Notes under the pieces: model-generated
The model's input: the letters and a program-made list of their open reading frames with translations, nothing else
Databases searched by the model: none
Told to the model about the DNA's origin: nothing
Assembly (NCBI GenBank): GCA_027483385.1
Contig: JAIXUT010000030.1
Coordinates: forward strand, 2,659 to 66,658
Origin: Alphaproteobacteria bacterium
GTDB taxonomy: Bacteria > Pseudomonadota > Alphaproteobacteria > UBA2136 > UBA6156
DNA: 64,000 bases
Reading direction: 5' to 3'
Part shown: one piece after another, positions 27,855-36,290 of the stretch
Numbering within the stretch: the first letter of the stretch is position 1
Layout: every line of letters starts with the position of its first letter
Made by a program: the position numbers and the translations under genes

Positions 27855-28627
27855 CGTCCGCACAACTCTGGGTCGCATTCTATACCATGTTACGCAAGGA
27901 TATGGTGCGGATTGTGCGCATCTGGCCACAAACATTTCTCCCCAGTATCGTGACGTCGGTACTGTACTTTTTGGTCTTTGGCACGGTGCTGGGGAGCAAG
28001 ATTGGCGAAGTCGGCGGGGTGCCCTACATGGCCTTTGTGGTGCCGGGCTTGGTGATGCTGGCGGTGGTAACCAATGCTTTTTCCAACGTCGCGACCGCAT
28101 TTTTCCAAAGCAAATTTTTTGTCCGCAGCATCGATGAAATTTTAGTTTCGCCCATGCCGCCATGGCTGATGCTGGCAGGGTTTATTGCGGGCGGCGTGGT
28201 GCGTGGGATGATTGTTGGCGCGCTGGTGCTCGGGGTCTCGTTATTCTTTGCGCTGCCCAGTGTGCCTCACCCATTCTTTGTGTTGGTATTTTTGCTTTTT
28301 TCTGCCACGCTGTTTGCCTTGGGTGGCCTGATTAATGGCATCTATGCCAAAAGTTTCGATGGCATCAGCATCGTGCCAACCTTCGTGATTACCCCCTTGG
28401 TGTACCTGGGCGGCGTGTTCTATTCGGTGCAGGCCCTTCCCGCGTGGGCGCAAGCGATTACCTATGCCAACCCGCTCTTTTACCTGGTGAATGGTTTCCG
28501 TTACGGCTTATTGGGGCATAGCGATGTGAGCATTGTCGTGTGCTTGTTGGTGCTGAGTGCGCTGGTGGGCGTAATGGCCACAGCGGCGTGGTGGCAGTTG
28601 AAACAGGGGTTGGGGCTGCGGCAGTAG
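27851..28627 (+). CDS. ABC-2 family transporter permease (YadH-like)
   Basis: 6-TM ABC-2 permease. ATGA overlap with the ATPase gene. Confidence 0.85.
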   Translation: MTSAQLWVAFYTMLRKDMVRIVRIWPQTFLPSIVTSVLYFLVFGTVLGSKIGEVGGVPYMAFVVPGLVMLAVVTNAFSNVATAFFQSKFFVRSIDEILVSPMPPWLMLAGFIAGGVVRGMIVGALVLGVSLFFALPSVPHPFFVLVFLLFSATLFALGGLINGIYAKSFDGISIVPTFVITPLVYLGGVFYSVQALPAWAQAITYANPLFYLVNGFRYGLLGHSDVSIVVCLLVLSALVGVMATAAWWQLKQGLGLRQ

Positions 28628-28764
28628 AAGCTTGGCCTTAAGCGTTTATTTTGCTTCACGCCTCGTATGTGCTCACGCACACCGGCTGCATCATGCCAAA
28701 CGGTACATTTGCAAGGGGCTATGCCCCCTGCACCCCCCCTTAGATAAATTTTCCTTTGGAAAAA

Positions 28765-28784
28765 TGGTGGATCCGGACGGATTG
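28765..28784. repeat. partial duplicate of the tRNA-Ala 3' end (att-like remnant)
   Basis: tggtggaTccggacggattG versus the genuine tRNA 3' end (reverse complement) tggtggaCccggacggattC at 28843..28862. Match is 18/20, and the copy lies 78 bp away. Confidence 0.5.
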
Positions 28785-28842
28785 TCCCGCTGCCTTTGGC
28801 GAACGGTTCTTCCGTCTGAAAGCTTAGAAAATCAAAATTTAC

Positions 28843-28918
28843 TGGTGGACCCGGACGGATTCGAACCGACGACATCCTGCTTGCAAAGCAGGCACTCTAC
28901 CAACTGAGTTACGGGCCC
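28843..28918 (-). tRNA. tRNA-Ala (anticodon TGC)
   Basis: Reverse complement is GGGCCCGTAACTCAGTTGGTAGAGTGCCTGCTTTGCAAGCAGGATGTCGTCGGTTCGAATCCGTCCGGGTCCACCA. The G3:U70 Ala identity pair is present. Anticodon loop ttTGCaa. One T:T mismatch in the T-stem. Encoded CCA. Confidence 0.85.
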
Positions 28919-28981
28919 TACCTCATGGCTTACTGCCTCAAGTCGCGAATGAGGTCAAGGAGAGAAAATGCATAAATAGAC

Positions 28982-29087
28982 GTGTCATCCCTGCGGAGGC
29001 AGGGATCTCATAGAGTTTGGTAAATCTTTTACGTTAATCTACTCGAGTAGCCTTGAAAGGAGATCCCTGCCTCCGCAGGGATGACAC
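28982..29087. repeat. MITE-like inverted-repeat element, copy C (106 bp)
   Basis: Arms GTGTCATCCCTGCGGAGGCAGGGATCTC and GAGATCCCTGCCTCCGCAGGGATGACAC around a 50-nt AT-rich spacer. Each arm is itself a hairpin (ccctgcggaggcaggg). It shares the terminal TGTCATCC/GGATGACA octamer with copies A and B. Confidence 0.65.
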
Positions 29088-29109
29088 AGAAAACCCCTTC
29101 CTCCATCCC

Positions 29110-29132
29110 TGTGGATAACCTCGTGGATAACC
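29110..29132. promoter_or_regulatory. two tandem DnaA-box-like sites
   Basis: TGTGGATAA is a perfect reverse complement of TTATCCACA. It is followed 5 nt later by GTGGATAAC (8/9). Confidence 0.35.
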
Positions 29133-29338
29133 CGGGGGACGAGGCGGTCAGAACCTTACAAAATCCGTCTTTTAGGCGGGATGCCTGAAAATAAGGCACT
29201 AGGGCTGATTATTGTAACATACTGAATAAATTGGGTAAAAATAATCATCCGATTAACAAAATCTGTTTGACAAGCTTACAAAAATCACAATTCAAGGACT
29301 GTGTGGAGAACCTGCTGGGGGTAAGCAGTTTCAGCTGC

Positions 29339-31390
29339 TTACGCCGTAGTTTCGTCACTTACCACACTGCCGCCGAGCTTGAGTTCCACCGCCTCAAGTT
29401 CCTGCACGCGGTCACGCAGGGCGGCGGCCTGTTCAAAATCCAGGTCGGCAGCGGCCTTCATCATCAGCTTTTTCAGCTGCGCGATTTCCTTGGGCAGGTC
29501 GGCAATCCCAAGCTTCAGCACCTTGCCTTCGGCCTTGCGGCGCTCGGCCTTGGCATCGGGCTGGCGGGCGGCGCCGACAATGCCGTCGCTCACCGCCCGC
29601 ACGGTGCTGGTGGGGGTGATGCCATGCTGGGCGTTAAATTCAATTTGTTTGGTGCGGCGGCGGTCGCATTCGGCCAGCATTTTTTCCATGCTGCCCGTGA
29701 TGCTGTCGGCATACAGCACGGCGCGGCCTTCTACGTTGCGGGCGGCCCGACCGACGGTTTGAATAAGACTGGTTGCGCTACGTAAAAAGCCTTCTTTGTC
29801 GGCATCCAAAATCGCCACCAAGCCAACTTCTGGAATATCCAGCCCCTCGCGCAGCAGGTTTATCCCCACCAGTACTTCGAAGGCACCAAGGCGCAGGTCG
29901 CGCACAATCTCAGCGCGTTCAAGGGTCACAATATCGCTATGCAAATAGCGCACCCGTACGCCCTGTTCGGTCAGGTAGGTGGTCAGCTGTTCGGCCATTT
30001 TTTTGGTGAGGGTGGTGATGAGCGTGCGGAACCCCTTGGCACTGGTTTGCCGAATTTCTTCAAGCACATCATCCACCTGCCCCGTCACGGGCTTGATGGT
30101 CACGATTGGGTCGAGCAGCCCCGTTGGGCGCGCCACCTGCTCGGTAATCGCATCCTTCGCCAACGTCAATTCGTAGGGCGCAGGCGTAGCCGAAACATAA
30201 ATGGTTTGCGGGCGCCGCACGTCCCATTCTTCAAAGGCCAGCGGACGGTTGTCGATCGCACTCGGCAGCCGGAAACCGTAATCAACCAGCGTTTGCTTCC
30301 GCACGCGGTCGCCGCGCGACATCCCGCCAATCTGCGGCACCGTCACGTGGCTTTCATCCACAAACAACAGCGCGTCATCGGGCAGGTAATCGAACAGCGT
30401 TTCGGGCGCTTGGCCTGGGGCGCGGCCTGTCAGGTGGTGGCTGTAGTTTTCAATCCCGTTGCAAAAGCCAGCGGCGGCAAGCATTTCTAGGTCAAAGGTT
30501 GTGCGCTCGCGTAGGCGCTGTTCTTCCAGCAATTTATTGTTGGCGGTTAGCCACGCCAGGCGGTCTTTCAGTTCGGCCTTGATGGCCTGTACCGCACGGT
30601 GCAGCGCGGGCTTGGGCGTGACGTAGTGGCTGTTGGGGTAAATCCAGACTTGCTCCAGCGGCCCGAGTTTTTCGCCCGTAAGCGGGTCGTAGCGCTCAAG
30701 CTTTTCCACCTCATCGCCGAACAAGGTAATCCGCCAGGCTTCATCTTCCAAGTGGCTGGGGAAAATTTCCACCACTTCGCCTTTGGCGCGGAAGTTACCG
30801 CGTTCCAGCAATGTATCGTTGCGGGTGTATTGCAGCTCGGCGAATTTGCGCAACAGCAGCTCGCGGTCAACCACATCGCCTTGCTTAATCACCACCACCA
30901 TTTCGGCGTAGTTTTCCCGCGCGCCGATGCCGTAGATACAGCTCACCGATGCCACAACCACCACGTCGCGGCGTTCCAGCAGGGCGCGAGTGGCGCTATG
31001 GCGGAGGCGATCGATTTGTTCGTTGACCTGCGCGGTTTTTTCGATAAACGTGTCGCTGCGGGGGACGTAGGCTTCGGGCTGATAGTAGTCGTAGTAGCTC
31101 ACAAAATATTCCACCGCGTTGTGGGGGAAAAACGCTTTAAATTCTTCGTACAATTGCGCCGCCAGGGTTTTGTTGTGGGCCAATATCAGCGCCGGGCGCT
31201 GCAACTGGGCAATCACATTGGCCATGGTGAAGGTTTTGCCGCTGCCCGTCACGCCCAGCAACACAGCATCGCGGCGTTGTTGCTCGCCCAAATACTTACA
31301 CAGGTCGGCAATTGCGGTGGGCTGGTCGCCCGCGGGCGCGAAGCTGAAATCGGGCTTAAATAACGCGGGGGCGGGGCTTGGAAACTTCAC
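29339..31390 (-). CDS. uvrB: excinuclease ABC subunit B
   Basis: 683 aa. Walker A GVTGSGKT. Helicase motifs. C-terminal UvrB/UvrC interaction coiled coil. Confidence 0.95.
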   Translation of the reverse strand: MKFPSPAPALFKPDFSFAPAGDQPTAIADLCKYLGEQQRRDAVLLGVTGSGKTFTMANVIAQLQRPALILAHNKTLAAQLYEEFKAFFPHNAVEYFVSYYDYYQPEAYVPRSDTFIEKTAQVNEQIDRLRHSATRALLERRDVVVVASVSCIYGIGARENYAEMVVVIKQGDVVDRELLLRKFAELQYTRNDTLLERGNFRAKGEVVEIFPSHLEDEAWRITLFGDEVEKLERYDPLTGEKLGPLEQVWIYPNSHYVTPKPALHRAVQAIKAELKDRLAWLTANNKLLEEQRLRERTTFDLEMLAAAGFCNGIENYSHHLTGRAPGQAPETLFDYLPDDALLFVDESHVTVPQIGGMSRGDRVRKQTLVDYGFRLPSAIDNRPLAFEEWDVRRPQTIYVSATPAPYELTLAKDAITEQVARPTGLLDPIVTIKPVTGQVDDVLEEIRQTSAKGFRTLITTLTKKMAEQLTTYLTEQGVRVRYLHSDIVTLERAEIVRDLRLGAFEVLVGINLLREGLDIPEVGLVAILDADKEGFLRSATSLIQTVGRAARNVEGRAVLYADSITGSMEKMLAECDRRRTKQIEFNAQHGITPTSTVRAVSDGIVGAARQPDAKAERRKAEGKVLKLGIADLPKEIAQLKKLMMKAAADLDFEQAAALRDRVQELEAVELKLGGSVVSDETTA

Positions 31391-31507
31391 CCCCTCTTTG
31401 TACCAGAGGGCGGGGGGCTTGCCAAAGCTTGAATTTTGTGAAATGTATGCAAATACTATAAAATTTTTATATATGCCCGAATTGGGCTAAACCTTGAGGA
31501 GTTGCAC

Positions 31508-31822
31508 ATGCTGAACCAGCGTGAACACCCCGCCGTCGAGCGTTGGCGAGCGGCCCGTAGCCGTCTGACCGTGGCCCCGTCTGAACCACCACGGCCTGCC
31601 ATGCCGCAAGCCAAGGCCGTGCTGGTGCCGGTACGGCCAGCACCACTGCCATCGGTAGCCGAGCTGCAGCGGGCCGCTGATGAAGCCTACGAGGCCTGGG
31701 AACGCGCCTGCGATTTGGGCGTGGATGCCCAACCTTGGCGTGAAGCGTTTGCAACCGCGCAGCGGCAATTAAGAGCCGCGGCAGCCGCTGCTGCCTACCG
31801 CGCCGCCAGCCGTGGCGAATGA
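31508..31822 (+). CDS. hypothetical small protein (about 105 aa)
   Basis: RBS gaggag upstream. Ala/Arg-rich. No known motif. Confidence 0.4.
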   Translation: MLNQREHPAVERWRAARSRLTVAPSEPPRPAMPQAKAVLVPVRPAPLPSVAELQRAADEAYEAWERACDLGVDAQPWREAFATAQRQLRAAAAAAAYRAASRGE

Positions 31823-31866
31823 CGACCACCCTGCCAGCACCCCCGCTGGCAGGGCCTCTTTTTATT

Positions 31867-32286
31867 TTAGGGCTGTAATGCGGGCAGTACCCGGACACGG
31901 GCGGTGACTGTTTGGCTTGGCTGCAGCAACAGCACTAGAGGGAATTCGTTGCCTGCGATTAAGGGTTGCGTCAGGCCTTGCACAAACACTTCAGTCGCCT
32001 GCGGCAGCAGCCTGGTGCGGCTGCGCGGGCCAAGTTCGATGGCGGGGGGCGTGATAATCTGGGTTACCCCTTCAATCATGCCGTACTGGCGCAGCGTGGC
32101 ACGGGCGGCAACAGGGGTTTGTGCGCCAATCAGCTGCAACGTTTGCGAAGTCGGGTTTTCCAGCACCAAGGCCACCGCCACGTTGCCACCAAGCCTGGCG
32201 GGGTAGGTGGTGGCTTCAGTTACCCGCAACGGTTGGGCCTGGGCCAGGGTGGGCAGCATGAAGGCCAATAGCCACAGCTTAGGCAT
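31867..32286 (-). CDS. secreted DUF461/PCu(A)C-like protein lacking the Cu-binding His/Met ligands
   Basis: Signal peptide MPKLWLLAFMLPTLAQA. Length and beta-sandwich-like pattern resemble PCuAC, but the mature protein has no His and no H(M)x10Mx21HxM motif. Confidence 0.4.
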   Translation of the reverse strand: MPKLWLLAFMLPTLAQAQPLRVTEATTYPARLGGNVAVALVLENPTSQTLQLIGAQTPVAARATLRQYGMIEGVTQIITPPAIELGPRSRTRLLPQATEVFVQGLTQPLIAGNEFPLVLLLQPSQTVTARVRVLPALQP

Positions 32287-32566
32287 TATTCAAATTTCGT
32301 AGGTAATCCCAGGTATAAAGCCCGGTACGGTGGCCATCGGAAAAGGTAATTTTAAGCGCATAGTTGCCCACCCCTTCCAGCGCTGAAATGGCGACGTTTT
32401 CCTTGCCCACAGGCGTAACCCCACCTTGGCCAAAATGGCCTTTCACTTCGGCACTGGGGCTATTGATACGTAACAGGTGGGCGGTCAGCATAATCGGGCC
32501 CTGAGGCCAATGCAGCGTAAGTATGCGTTTGTCGGGGCTCACGCGGATTTCGGCAGGTGCGTCCAT
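32279..32566 (-). CDS. DUF971 family protein (gamma-butyrobetaine hydroxylase N-terminal-like)
   Basis: IRVSPDKRILTLHWPQG...YTWDYLRNL is the DUF971 pattern. Start placed at the internal Met. Confidence 0.55.
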   Translation of the reverse strand: MDAPAEIRVSPDKRILTLHWPQGPIMLTAHLLRINSPSAEVKGHFGQGGVTPVGKENVAISALEGVGNYALKITFSDGHRTGLYTWDYLRNLNNA

Positions 32567-32571
32567 TCCGT

Positions 32572-33039
32572 TTAAACCTTTGGTGGCATTTGCAGGGTTT
32601 CGAGCGCTTCGATAAAGGTAAATGGGTGCCATAACCACCGAATGACCAGCGGCCGCAACGTGCCCCCTTCCTTCACTATCAGCCGCAAGCTGCCTGCATG
32701 GAGCACGCGTTGGAGTAGGGTTTGCTCTACTTGCCAGCTGGCCAGCTTTTCACCTAAAATTCCTTCCGTGCTCACACCAAAACGGCCATAGCGCAACAAC
32801 AACCGATGCGTGGTCACCACCCCTTCAAAATTTTGCAAAGCCAGTGTGTAAAGCACAAATAGACCGGTTGCCAGAACCCACAGAGGTTTCCACCACCAAC
32901 CAACGATTGCGACCAGCACGGCACCCACAAGCCATGGCCAACCATGCAAAGGGTGCAGCTTCATGGTATAGATAGCCTCTTCCTCAGGGACCAGCAAACG
33001 CCTTAAGTGCGGCATATGGGCCAACGGTGGTAAGCTCAT
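32572..33039 (-). CDS. membrane protein (2 TM plus a PH-like C-terminal region), unknown function
   Basis: ORF track. Hydrophobic pair WPWLVGAVLVAIVGWWWKPLWVLATGLFVLY. Start ambiguous (alternative start at 32964). Confidence 0.45.
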   Translation of the reverse strand: MSLPPLAHMPHLRRLLVPEEEAIYTMKLHPLHGWPWLVGAVLVAIVGWWWKPLWVLATGLFVLYTLALQNFEGVVTTHRLLLRYGRFGVSTEGILGEKLASWQVEQTLLQRVLHAGSLRLIVKEGGTLRPLVIRWLWHPFTFIEALETLQMPPKV

Positions 33040-33042
33040 GCG

Positions 33043-33510
33043 CTAACCCGCATAACTTACTTCTTTGCGTTCCTGGCGGCGCTTGGCCTCGATGCTGAGA
33101 GTCGCAATCGGGCGGGCCATCAGGCGGCCAATCCCGATGGGGTCACCCGTTTCCTGGCAAAAGCCGAATTCGCCGTCGCGGATGCGGTCCAGCGCTTCAT
33201 CGATTTTATTAATCAGCTTACGGGCGCGGTCGCGGTTGCGCAATTCTAGCGTTTGTTCGTATTCCAGCGTGGCTTGGTCGGAGAGGTCGGCCTCAATCGC
33301 GCTGTTTTCTTTTAAATCGTGCATGGTGGAAAGGTTGCCCGCCTCCAGTTCCTTGCGCCAGCCCAGCAACAGGTCGCGGAAGTAGCAAAGCTGCTTCACG
33401 CTCATGTAATCCTCTTTATCGGTCGGGGTGTATTTGTCGGGGTAGCCGCGCTCTTTGGCGGGTTTGTGAGTCAGGGGTTCTAACCCGTCAATCGCCAGTT
33501 TTTTGCTCAT
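33043..33510 (-). CDS. dksA: RNA polymerase-binding transcription factor DksA
   Basis: Coiled-coil DxxDxA tip (ADLSDQATLEYEQTLELRNRDRARK). C4 zinc finger CQETG... Confidence 0.9.
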   Translation of the reverse strand: MSKKLAIDGLEPLTHKPAKERGYPDKYTPTDKEDYMSVKQLCYFRDLLLGWRKELEAGNLSTMHDLKENSAIEADLSDQATLEYEQTLELRNRDRARKLINKIDEALDRIRDGEFGFCQETGDPIGIGRLMARPIATLSIEAKRRQERKEVSYAG

Positions 33511-33608
33511 CGGTACGTTCCCCCTGTGTGGTCTGCCAAAATCGTCTTATTCTGGGGCCGAAGGATAGGCGAAAAGCGCCGCCTTCACAAGCATTCGTTG
33601 CAGGCAGC

Positions 33609-35309
33609 CTAAAGCTTGCCCGTGCGTACCTTGCGTTCAAGATCTTGCATAAAGGCGGGGCTGGGGGTTGGCGCGCCCTGATTGGCCAAATCCAGCGCCC
33701 GTTGCCACAGCTTGCGCGCTTCATCCTGCTTGCCGAGCTTAAAATAGGTATCGGCCAGATGGCTTAAAATTTCGGGCGTGCCAGGTTCTTGCTGGGCGGC
33801 GAGTTCGAGGTAGTTTTGCGCAGTGGTGTAATCGCCCTTGCGGTAGTAGGCCCAGCCCACGCTGTCGGTAATCGCGCCGTTGGCAGGGGCCAGCAAATGT
33901 GCGCGCTTCAGCATACTGTAAGCGGCCTCAAGATTACGGTTTTCATCCACCCACATGAAGCCGAGGTAATTTAACGCCTCGGCATGGCCGGGATTGCGCA
34001 CAATCGCCTGCTGCAAATCCGCTTCGGCCTTGGCGCTGTTGCCTGCTTGGGCCCAGGCAACGCCACGGGCAAAATAGCCTTCGGCCTGGCGCTGCGGCAG
34101 GGTGTTACTGGGCACGGTGGGGGTCAGGGCAATCAGCTGCGTGGCGATGCTGGCAGCTTCGGGGTACTCTTCGGCCAATAAAGCCAATTGCAGCGCACTG
34201 TGCCAGAACACACTGAAAGTGGGGTACTGCTGGGCCAGAGCCGCCGCTTTATTTGCGGCTGCTTTGCGCGCGCGTGGGGTGGTAGCCTCTGACCCATTCA
34301 GTTCATTGAGGCGCAAACTGGCCAACGCGCCAAACCCATTGGGCAGAGGCTGCAGGCTTGCGTAAAGCATTCTGGCGGTAGCAATCTGGCCCAAATCATC
34401 GGCCACCACCGCGCGGTAGTAGGGCAGAAGGTTGGTCAGCAGTGGGTCATCGGTTGGAATCATTGCCGCGATGCTGAGAACCTGCTGCGCCAGCAACGGT
34501 ACATTTTCCGCCCACACTTGCAGGGCAAATTCCAGCAACGCGGCGGCCGTGTTGTTGCCGAGGTTTTGGCTTGGGGCGGGCATCGTGCTGCTTGGCTGCA
34601 GGGCCAACAATGGTGCTAACCCAGGGTTATAGGCGCTAAATTGATTGGTTAGTTCGGCTTGCGCATCAGCTTGTAACAGCGGCCACAATTGGGCGGCGGG
34701 CAGGTAGGCAGAAGGCGCCTGTACCACCGCAGCTTGCAACAACGTACGGGCGGCGGCGGTATCCCCACTTTGCTGCAGCAGGCGGCTGGCATGCCATTTG
34801 GCGCTCCAGCCGTTGGTACGGGCCTGCAAGGCTTCGGCAAGTTTGTTGGCGGCCACGCCTTCAGCGGCGGCCAGGTAGCTTTCCAGCACCGTGAGGGTGG
34901 GCAATTGGGGGGTTGCCGCTTGCAGGCTACGCAAATGCTGGCGGGCGGCTTTTAAATCGTTGTTCGTTACCGCTTCGGTGAATAGCAGCAGCTGGGCCAT
35001 GGCGCCCAGGTGTTCGGGTGGCAAGCTTTTGGCCAGTCGCAGCGCGGTGGCGGTGTCGTGGTTGCTGAGCCCCGATTCCAGCGCGCGTTGCCGCAACAGT
35101 AAGTTGTCGGGGTCGGCACTGAGGGCGCCTAAAAAGCCTTGGGCCGAGGTGGTAATATCATCATTCATACTCCCCACCACCGCCTGCAAATAGCCGCCCA
35201 ACCCTTCGGCGGCGGTAGGTGGCTGGGCCACCTTTGGCGCCACCGGCGCCTGGTACAATGCCAGCCCTACGGCCCCACCCAGCAGCATGAACGGGATGAG
35301 GATTTGCAT
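33609..35309 (-). CDS. secreted tetratricopeptide-repeat (TPR) protein
   Basis: Signal peptide, then multiple TPR-like helical repeats (AxxxxxAG, WxxLG patterns). 566 aa. Confidence 0.75.
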   Translation of the reverse strand: MQILIPFMLLGGAVGLALYQAPVAPKVAQPPTAAEGLGGYLQAVVGSMNDDITTSAQGFLGALSADPDNLLLRQRALESGLSNHDTATALRLAKSLPPEHLGAMAQLLLFTEAVTNNDLKAARQHLRSLQAATPQLPTLTVLESYLAAAEGVAANKLAEALQARTNGWSAKWHASRLLQQSGDTAAARTLLQAAVVQAPSAYLPAAQLWPLLQADAQAELTNQFSAYNPGLAPLLALQPSSTMPAPSQNLGNNTAAALLEFALQVWAENVPLLAQQVLSIAAMIPTDDPLLTNLLPYYRAVVADDLGQIATARMLYASLQPLPNGFGALASLRLNELNGSEATTPRARKAAANKAAALAQQYPTFSVFWHSALQLALLAEEYPEAASIATQLIALTPTVPSNTLPQRQAEGYFARGVAWAQAGNSAKAEADLQQAIVRNPGHAEALNYLGFMWVDENRNLEAAYSMLKRAHLLAPANGAITDSVGWAYYRKGDYTTAQNYLELAAQQEPGTPEILSHLADTYFKLGKQDEARKLWQRALDLANQGAPTPSPAFMQDLERKVRTGKL

Positions 35310-35324
35310 GGCGCGAACGGGCTT

Positions 35325-36272
35325 CTATTTCCGCAACAAGTACTGCTTGCGGCCTTGGGGTTCGTGGTAAATCCGAACTAACAACTCGGCAATCACGCCC
35401 ATTCCCAATAGCTGCACCGAAAGCAATACCAGCATAAAGCCAGTGAGTAACATCGGCCGGTCGCCGATTTCAAAACCAAGTAATTTCATGGCCAACAGAT
35501 AAGTAAGCATCAGTAACCCAGGCACCAGCGCAATCAGCCCGACATAGCCAAAAAAATGGAGCGGGCGGTGCAAAAAGCGCTGGAAAAAGTACAGCTGAAT
35601 AATATCCAAGGCCACCCGAATGGTTTTATCCAGGCCGTATTTGCTCTCGCCAAACTGGCGCTTGTGGTGGCTCACTTCCTGCTCGACAATTTTGGCACCG
35701 TATTGCATGGCTACGGCGGGAATGAAGCGGTGCAGCTCGCCGTAAATCCGTAGTTCATCGATGAGGTCGCGCTTGTAGGCCTTTAAGCTGCAGCCGAGGT
35801 CGTGGAGTTGCAGTTTGGTAATTTTTGTAATCAGGCGGTTGGCAATGCGGCTGGGCAGGTTGCTTTTAATCGCGTGATCTTTGCGGTTTTTGCGCCAACC
35901 TGAAACAATATCGGCGCCTGTTTCGTTCATGCGTTCGAGCAAAGCAGGAATATCGGCAGGGTCGTTCTGCAAGTCGCCGTCGAGCGTGACAATGACCGCA
36001 CCACGGGCGTGGTCGAAGCCCGCCTGCATCGCCGCAGTCTGGCCGTAGTTGCGCCGAAACGACAGCGGTACCAGTTCAGGGTAAAGCACGGCGGCGGCTT
36101 TTAAGGCAGCGGCGGTGCCATCGCGGCTGCCGTCATCCACTAAAATCATTTCCCACGGCTGGCCATAAGCGCGCAGCGTTTCGGCCAAACGGGCAGCCAG
36201 CAGCGGCACGTTCTGTTCTTCGTTGTAAAGTGGCACAACAATCGAGACAACTGGGGTTGGCAGGTTTTTCAC
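35325..36272 (-). CDS. GT2 polyprenol-phosphate glycosyltransferase (ArnC/DPM1/GtrB-like)
   Basis: VSIVVPLYNEE...VDDGSRDGT...LDGDLQ carries the GT2 DxD. Two C-terminal TM helices. Confidence 0.8.
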   Translation of the reverse strand: MKNLPTPVVSIVVPLYNEEQNVPLLAARLAETLRAYGQPWEMILVDDGSRDGTAAALKAAAVLYPELVPLSFRRNYGQTAAMQAGFDHARGAVIVTLDGDLQNDPADIPALLERMNETGADIVSGWRKNRKDHAIKSNLPSRIANRLITKITKLQLHDLGCSLKAYKRDLIDELRIYGELHRFIPAVAMQYGAKIVEQEVSHHKRQFGESKYGLDKTIRVALDIIQLYFFQRFLHRPLHFFGYVGLIALVPGLLMLTYLLAMKLLGFEIGDRPMLLTGFMLVLLSVQLLGMGVIAELLVRIYHEPQGRKQYLLRK

Positions 36273-36290
36273 GGGCGGTTTTTCTCTTGG

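Noticed and set aside
31467-31898. 143-aa minus-strand ORF overlapping the small plus-strand gene 31508..31822
   Set aside because: It is Arg/Pro-rich in a way typical of the GC-rich reverse frame. The plus-strand ORF has a good RBS (gaggag), so the plus strand is preferred. Confidence is low either way.
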